From the sequence record NZ_CP044066.1: 64,000 bases of DNA; one strand, given 5' to 3'. This document shows, piece after piece, positions 59,263 to 64,000 of the stretch. Both the position numbers and the translations under genes were made by a program. Below the pieces are notes generated by a model. It saw only the letters and a list, made by a program, of their open reading frames with translations, had not been told where the DNA came from and did not search any database. Position 1 is the first letter of the stretch. Each line of letters opens with the position of its first letter. This DNA is from a plasmid.

Positions 59263-59725
59263 TATCGGGGATAAAGCGTGGAGGGATGGTCGATGGCAAC
59301 GTCGATAGCTCCCGCCACGCCCGAGCACATGATTGCTTCAATGACTTTTCTCGGGCTCCCATCTGGAGATGCGCTGAGACCTTCGTACCGGTGCAGCCCA
59401 GATGGTTGACAAGCACCCCATACTGAGACTTTTCGGCGTACGCGTGATGTCCATACGACGGCGCGCGCACGTGGGCAATGCCGGAGAGTGTCCGTCGGAA
59501 GCACCGGCCTCGATCCATACCTTGAACCCTCAAGTAGCAATAGAAATGATTAGCCCGATCTACCTCCAAAGATCCGGCTCTCATTCGGATGATCGGCTGA
59601 TTGGGAACGGAAAATGGCGGCCTGCTCTTCGAGCACTCCTCGGTCGACAAAGGAGTGTTGAAGGATCAGTGTTCAATTGTCTGGGCTAACCGGCTGAATG
59701 CATGCGGGTGGATTGCGTGCCTCGA

Positions 59726-60172
59726 TTACGCCTTTGCCGCAACTGGAAGCCGAAACGGGGCGCCGAGACGATTGAATGCGTTCATGGCGGCAATCGTTAT
59801 CGTGAGATCAACGAGGTCCTTGGGCGAAAATGCTGCCGATGCGGCCGCATAGGCTTCGTCTGAGGCATGCGTCTCACTGACGCGCGTCACTTCCTCCGCC
59901 CAGGCCAATGCGGCCCGCTCTTGCTCGGCGAATAGGTGCGGAACTTCATCCCACACCGGAACCAGCGTGATCTTGTCGACCGACATGGTCTTTCTGAGAT
60001 CGCGACTATGCATGTCAATGCAATGCGCGCATCCGTTGATCTGGGAGACGCGGAGGAACACGAGGTGGACAAGCTCCTCGGGGAGATCCGTCTTCTTCGT
60101 GACGTAGTGGTGGATACCAAAAAGCGCCTTCGCGCCGTCAGGCGCTATCTCTTGCCAGTTCAAGCGGGTCAT
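59726..60172 (-). CDS. carboxymuconolactone decarboxylase / AhpD-like family protein
   Basis: 148 aa; INGCAHCIDMH AhpD CxxxC-type motif; divergent to MocR regulator. Confidence 0.75.
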   Translation of the reverse strand: MTRLNWQEIAPDGAKALFGIHHYVTKKTDLPEELVHLVFLRVSQINGCAHCIDMHSRDLRKTMSVDKITLVPVWDEVPHLFAEQERAALAWAEEVTRVSETHASDEAYAAASAAFSPKDLVDLTITIAAMNAFNRLGAPFRLPVAAKA

Positions 60173-60326
60173 CTCGGTCCTTTTCTGTTGGTGATTCGGT
60201 CCAGCGTCGCGGTCAGCGCGCCCGAGCCGCCTATCGACTTGGGCCGCGATTCGTGTCATAACGCAAAGTTACTCCGCCAGGCATTGAAGATACAGGCCCA
60301 AAAATTGGAGAAACGACTGGCCCAAA

Positions 60327-61760
60327 ATGACTCACCCGAACTCGCCCGCTGCGCTGTCCATCCTGGTGGACCGTGCCACTGCCATGCCGATCGGCGATCA
60401 GATCCATGCGAGCTTGCGACAGGCAATCGTCGAGGGTCGGCTTGCACCTGGACAGCGTCTTCCTTCCGGTCGAGACCTCGCTGCGCAGCTTGGTGTCGCC
60501 CGCGGCACCATTCGCGTGGTCTACGACCGTCTGATCGCCGAGAATCTGGTGTTCGGCGCAGGCTCTTCGGGCACACACGTATGCTCGCGGCTGGACGTCG
60601 GGAGAGCAGGCCGCGAAGCTTCGCTCGACGGGCCTCTGGCGGATTTCAACCGCCCATTTTCGAGCGCGCCGCTTCCGTTTCAAATGGGCGTACCTGCCCA
60701 GGACGCGTTTCCCGCCAAGCTCTGGGCTCGCATGCGGACGCGCGCCGTACGTGCCGATGCTATCGCTTACACGGCCTATGGCGATCCACGCGGCGAACCT
60801 GCCCTGCGGGCTCAGATAGCGAGCCACCTAGCCGTAAGCCGACAGATGCAGTGTCATCCCGACCAGATCCTCGTCACCAGCGGATACCGGCAGGGCCTGA
60901 TGCTTGCACTCACCGCACTGCGCGCGCATGGACGCAAGGCGTGGCTCGAGGAGCCAGGGTATCCGCTGGGAAGACGCGCGCTGGAGGTGATTGGAGCCGA
61001 GGTCGTACCCGTACCCGTTGATGCCGAGGGGTTGCGCGTGGAAGCTGGCGTCGCCAGCGCGCCAGACGCCTTGCTGGCGCTGGTCACGCCGGGCCAGCAT
61101 GCACCGCTGGGCGTGACCATGTCGCCTGAACGAAGGCGCGCGCTGCTTGACTGGGCGGCGGCACGGGGTGCCTGGATCATCGAGGACGACTATCTCGGAG
61201 AAATACAGCTCGACGGACGAGCCGCACCGGCCCTTGCGGCTGGCGAAGGTGCCGAACACGTAGTTCACATCGGAGCGTTCAGCAAGACGATCAGCCCGGC
61301 GCTGGGCCTCGGGTTCGTCGTCGCCCCACGTTCAGCGGCGGAGCGCCTGGTGGAGGTCTCCGCCGTGCTGGCCCCAGCTCCGAACCGGACAACCCAATTG
61401 GCGGTGACAGAGTTTCTGCGGGATGGGCACTACCTGCGGCACCTGCGCCAGATGAAGGCTCTCTACGCCGAGCGCCGCCGCCTCACATTAACGCATGTAA
61501 GGGAATTTTTGCCAGGCACGCTGATGGCGGGCCTTGGAGTAATCGCACCGCTCCCACAATCCGCCGACGACCGCGTCATCGTCGGCATCGCCCGCGCACA
61601 CGGCCTCGCGCCTTCGGCCCTCTCTGCCTGGTACCTTCGCCGCAGTCACGCGCAAGGTGGCTTGATACTCAGCGCGACGAACGTGCACCCCGACAACATC
61701 GGTGCCGTTTGCGCGAAGCTTGCGAGTATCGTTGCTTCATCGAGTTCTGGCACACATTAG
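60327..61760 (+). CDS. MocR-family (GntR HTH + aminotransferase-like) transcriptional regulator
   Basis: GntR wHTH (LAPGQRLPSGRDLAAQLGVARGTIRVVYDRL) + aminotransferase fold, SKTISPALGLG (PLP-Lys). Confidence 0.85.
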   Translation: MTHPNSPAALSILVDRATAMPIGDQIHASLRQAIVEGRLAPGQRLPSGRDLAAQLGVARGTIRVVYDRLIAENLVFGAGSSGTHVCSRLDVGRAGREASLDGPLADFNRPFSSAPLPFQMGVPAQDAFPAKLWARMRTRAVRADAIAYTAYGDPRGEPALRAQIASHLAVSRQMQCHPDQILVTSGYRQGLMLALTALRAHGRKAWLEEPGYPLGRRALEVIGAEVVPVPVDAEGLRVEAGVASAPDALLALVTPGQHAPLGVTMSPERRRALLDWAAARGAWIIEDDYLGEIQLDGRAAPALAAGEGAEHVVHIGAFSKTISPALGLGFVVAPRSAAERLVEVSAVLAPAPNRTTQLAVTEFLRDGHYLRHLRQMKALYAERRRLTLTHVREFLPGTLMAGLGVIAPLPQSADDRVIVGIARAHGLAPSALSAWYLRRSHAQGGLILSATNVHPDNIGAVCAKLASIVASSSSGTH

Positions 61761-62121
61761 TCCAACGATCACGAACGCGGCCTCGGAACGTGGTCCCGGA
61801 AGCGGCCCTGACTGTCCGAATCAAGAAGACTTTCGATACTCTCGTCCTTCTTGGACTCTCGAAGCGATGCCAGCGGACCCCAGTTGACATCACCGGATCG
61901 ACACTGGCGCCGCGCGTTGCGCTATGGCCGATCTGCCCCCAAGAACGGACAGAATAAGGGGAACGCTGACAGGCCGGAAAGGGTCGGAAGCGGCCATCCC
62001 GGGTAAAGACAAGGTCCTCATTTCGAGCATCGAACAAGTGCCGCATCGGTAACCCAAAGCTCAGTGGTCCGCCCCAACGCGCCACCTAGTCAACGAGCGG
62101 CAATCGCAATTGCTGTCTCAT

Positions 62122-62147
62122 AAAAAAAGCCCCTCGCAAGGAGGGGC
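62122..62147 (-). terminator. rho-independent terminator after methyltransferase-like gene
   Basis: minus strand: GCCCCTCCTTGCGAGGGGC hairpin + T7. Confidence 0.6.
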
Positions 62148-62267
62148 TGGTAGGAACGGGTCCATCTGAGAGAGCCTGTAGCGGTGTCGTGCTACAGAGA
62201 TCATCTTATCGTCAGACCCCCGCCCCGCAGGAGGCGAAAGCTCGCCAATTTCGGGGGTGTTTTGCGG

Positions 62268-63161
62268 TTAGAACAGCGCGAGCTGGTCGTCAGGCACAAG
62301 GACGCGCAGTGCCGCTGCGGGAATGGGAGCTTCGTCAGCGCGCAACGACACGTCGGCCGTACGGTCGGCGCCCTCCGTCTCGTCTACGCGCTTCTGGCTC
62401 TGGAGCAGCTCCCGCATGGCCTCGGCCAGCCGGCGAAACCTGAGCTTTTCTCCCCAGCCGCCCACAACATGCGCGGGCGTGAACCACGTGGACCACGCCT
62501 CGACAGACAACGCATTGCCGTGAACGACGATGGCGGGAATGTGCAGCAGGGACAGCTGGACATAAGTCATGTGCACGCACCGCGGATCGATATCGATGCA
62601 CGTGGCGTGCATCGTCAGCTGGTAGTTGTGGCCGGCATCGTGCAGCGCATCGGCACAGGCAATCGCCATGCCGCCTGCGCCGCAGGCTGGTTCGCTGAGC
62701 GTCACGAACCCATCACGCTGGATGAACGGAGCACCATCGCCGATGTTCATCCGTGCCATGAGCCGCGAGACGCTGTACGGTGTAAAAAACTGCCCTGCCT
62801 TGTCGTTTCCGAGCTCGAGCATCATGTACGTCTGGCCAAGGACATCGGCCAGGCCGTCACCGTTCGGTACCCATCCCTGCACCAAATCCTCGAACGTCTG
62901 CACGAGCGCCCCGAACATCTGGGGAAAGCGCTCGCGGTCCGCGCGCTCGTACCGCTTGATGATCTCTTCGTACCGCTTCTCGCGAGCCTCGGCTTGGTGG
63001 CGATCAACGGTGTTGCTGATGGACAGGGATGCGATCTCCACGAAATCGGAGAACACCTCGTGGACCGGGTATCGGGGGCCGAACTGCTTGAAGTGCGAGA
63101 GCAAGGCCTTGTGAGGCTCGCTCGCGGTGCCTTCGAACTTTCGTTTCGCGGCGCGGCTCAT
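62268..63161 (-). CDS. class-I SAM-dependent methyltransferase-like protein (N6-adenine MTase-like motif I, atypical motif IV)
   Basis: motif I EPACGAGGMAIA (compare HsdM DPACGSGG), acidic motif CIDIDPR; expected NPPF/DPPY position reads VVHGNALS; ATG 63161. Confidence 0.5.
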   Translation of the reverse strand: MSRAAKRKFEGTASEPHKALLSHFKQFGPRYPVHEVFSDFVEIASLSISNTVDRHQAEAREKRYEEIIKRYERADRERFPQMFGALVQTFEDLVQGWVPNGDGLADVLGQTYMMLELGNDKAGQFFTPYSVSRLMARMNIGDGAPFIQRDGFVTLSEPACGAGGMAIACADALHDAGHNYQLTMHATCIDIDPRCVHMTYVQLSLLHIPAIVVHGNALSVEAWSTWFTPAHVVGGWGEKLRFRRLAEAMRELLQSQKRVDETEGADRTADVSLRADEAPIPAAALRVLVPDDQLALF

Positions 63162-63252
63162 TTCGCCCACCCACGCAGAAACGGGTACGCTGCGGTGCCG
63201 GGGCAAGCCATCGGCGGATGTGTGTGGGGCATTTCGATCAGCTTTTTGGCCG

Positions 63253-63285
63253 GAGAAACGCCCCACCGGGACGTATCCCGGCAGG
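63253..63285 (-). promoter_or_regulatory. second conserved dyad motif, copy 1 (GAAACGCCCCACCGGGAcgtaTCCCGG)
   Basis: ~95 bp upstream of start 63161; inverted repeat CCGGGA..TCCCGG. Confidence 0.45.
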
Positions 63286-63299
63286 GTTAAAGAATTGGT

Positions 63300-63779
63300 T
63301 CAGTGCAGACGGTAAGCCGTCGTGACAGGCGTGAACCCCATGGCCCACCATTGGGCGATGGGATGGTTGGGAAACTGCGGGATCTGCCCGCTCCGGAACA
63401 CGTCCGGTACGAAGGCGAGTGCTTCGGGACGGACCATCACGGTCGCCCGCCATTTCGCCTGAAGCTCGAGCCAGGTGAGTTCGGCGCGCGCGATGTGGTC
63501 CCACTGCATCGGAAGCATTGCCTCGTCGAAGCGCTTCGCGCCCTCGGCCGTCATGACGGCCACCACTTCGTGGTAGCGCCCGAGTTCATGCGGAAAGCCG
63601 CAACGAACAAATCGGAGTTCCGCCGGATCGGGATTACCGAAGATTCGCTGCAACTGCCGGATGTACACGGCACACTCGCGCCGCGATCGTTCGCTGTAGT
63701 CGTCGTGGCCCACCTGCGCGCACGGCTCTTCCGCGGGCACGGGGCCGACTTCGATGCGGGTAGTTCTGGGGTAAGACAT
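63300..63779 (-). CDS. hypothetical protein (159 aa)
   Basis: ATG 63779 (MSYPRTTRIEVGPVPAEEP...); preceded by motif copy 2. Confidence 0.4.
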   Translation of the reverse strand: MSYPRTTRIEVGPVPAEEPCAQVGHDDYSERSRRECAVYIRQLQRIFGNPDPAELRFVRCGFPHELGRYHEVVAVMTAEGAKRFDEAMLPMQWDHIARAELTWLELQAKWRATVMVRPEALAFVPDVFRSGQIPQFPNHPIAQWWAMGFTPVTTAYRLH

Positions 63780-63801
63780 GTTGCGTTTCCTTTGTGGATA
63801 T

Positions 63802-63836
63802 GGGAAACGCCCCAACCGGGAGGTTTCCCGGTGAGG
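63802..63836 (-). promoter_or_regulatory. second conserved dyad motif, copy 2 (GGAAACGCCCCAACCGGGAggttTCCCGG)
   Basis: 25-55 bp upstream of start 63779; additional flanking inverted repeat GCGTTTCC..GGAAACGC. Confidence 0.45.
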
Positions 63837-63878
63837 AGGAGCCGCGCGAGCCCGATGAAGGACTGCGCGCGGCGATGC

Positions 63879-64000
63879 TCAGGCCAGATGGCCAGAGAGA
63901 TGCGAGAACTTCGACAACACCCAGGCGGCGGCAACCACAAGGACGGCCGTTGCGAGAGAGGTCAGTTGGAAGTACAGCAGTGCGAGGCTCGCCGTCGTGA
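63879..64000 (-). CDS. 3' end of a membrane protein gene continuing beyond window end
   Basis: minus-strand frame open to window edge; C-terminal ...TTASLALLYFQLTSLATAVLVVAAAWVLSKFSHLSGHLA* TM helix; stop at 63879-63881. Confidence 0.3.
   Translation of the reverse strand, partial: TTASLALLYFQLTSLATAVLVVAAAWVLSKFSHLSGHLA

Noticed and set aside
59280-59700. Possible transposase/integrase remnant between the haloperoxidase-like and AhpD-like genes (ORFs 59112-59540 and 59228-59650 on minus, 59402-59689 on plus)
   Set aside because: Translations show no DDE, HTH or recombinase motifs and mutually overlap. Treated as non-coding spacer between convergent genes.

Overview
This is a high-GC (about 65-68%) Burkholderiales-like (Cupriavidus/Ralstonia/Burkholderia-type) chromosomal segment of 64 kb. 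It reads as a mosaic of three parts.

(1) Positions 1-2.7 kb are ordinary backbone: the tail of an MFS transporter, a LysR regulator, an SDR oxidoreductase and a HAD hydrolase.

(2) Positions 3.1-17.2 kb start with a short tyrosine recombinase gene. It is followed by a compact minus-strand catabolic island encoding a complete 3-hydroxyanthranilate (2-nitrobenzoate / 2-aminophenol-type) meta-cleavage pathway. The pathway genes are an NbaA-like NADPH:FMN reductase, a small unknown protein, an ACMSD-like amidohydrolase, 4-oxalocrotonate decarboxylase, aldolase, acetylating acetaldehyde dehydrogenase, hydratase, 2-aminomuconate-semialdehyde dehydrogenase, a flavin reductase, 3-hydroxyanthranilate 3,4-dioxygenase, a RidA-type deaminase, plus a porin, a LysR regulator and an MHS transporter.

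(3) Positions 17.9-64 kb are an accessory, ICE/plasmid-like mosaic with many low-GC seams. It contains:
- an orphan TRAP solute-binding protein and a Fic protein;
- three tandem Hsp20 genes plus a secreted CAP-domain protein;
- a truncated H-NS-like gene and an isochorismatase-family hydrolase;
- a five-module zinc-ribbon repeat protein with no canonical start, and an HU protein with a lysine/alanine-rich tail;
- an SbcC/SbcD-like ATPase-nuclease cassette with four unknown partners;
- a bactofilin operon and a DUF932 protein;
- a full 7-gene PRTRC (ParB-related, ThiF-related) cassette;
- two MocR regulators, a FixJ-type response regulator, an intact IS3-family insertion sequence with a 5-bp target duplication, a Tat-signal haloperoxidase-like hydrolase, an AhpD-like protein and an atypical N6-methyltransferase-like gene.

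Two families of conserved dyad motifs sit in the promoter/leader regions of the minus-strand island operons, which suggests a shared regulator. I found no rRNA, tRNA or CRISPR array.

All functional calls come from motif-level reading of the supplied translations. Start codons were re-derived from RBS context where the six-frame ORF was over-extended.
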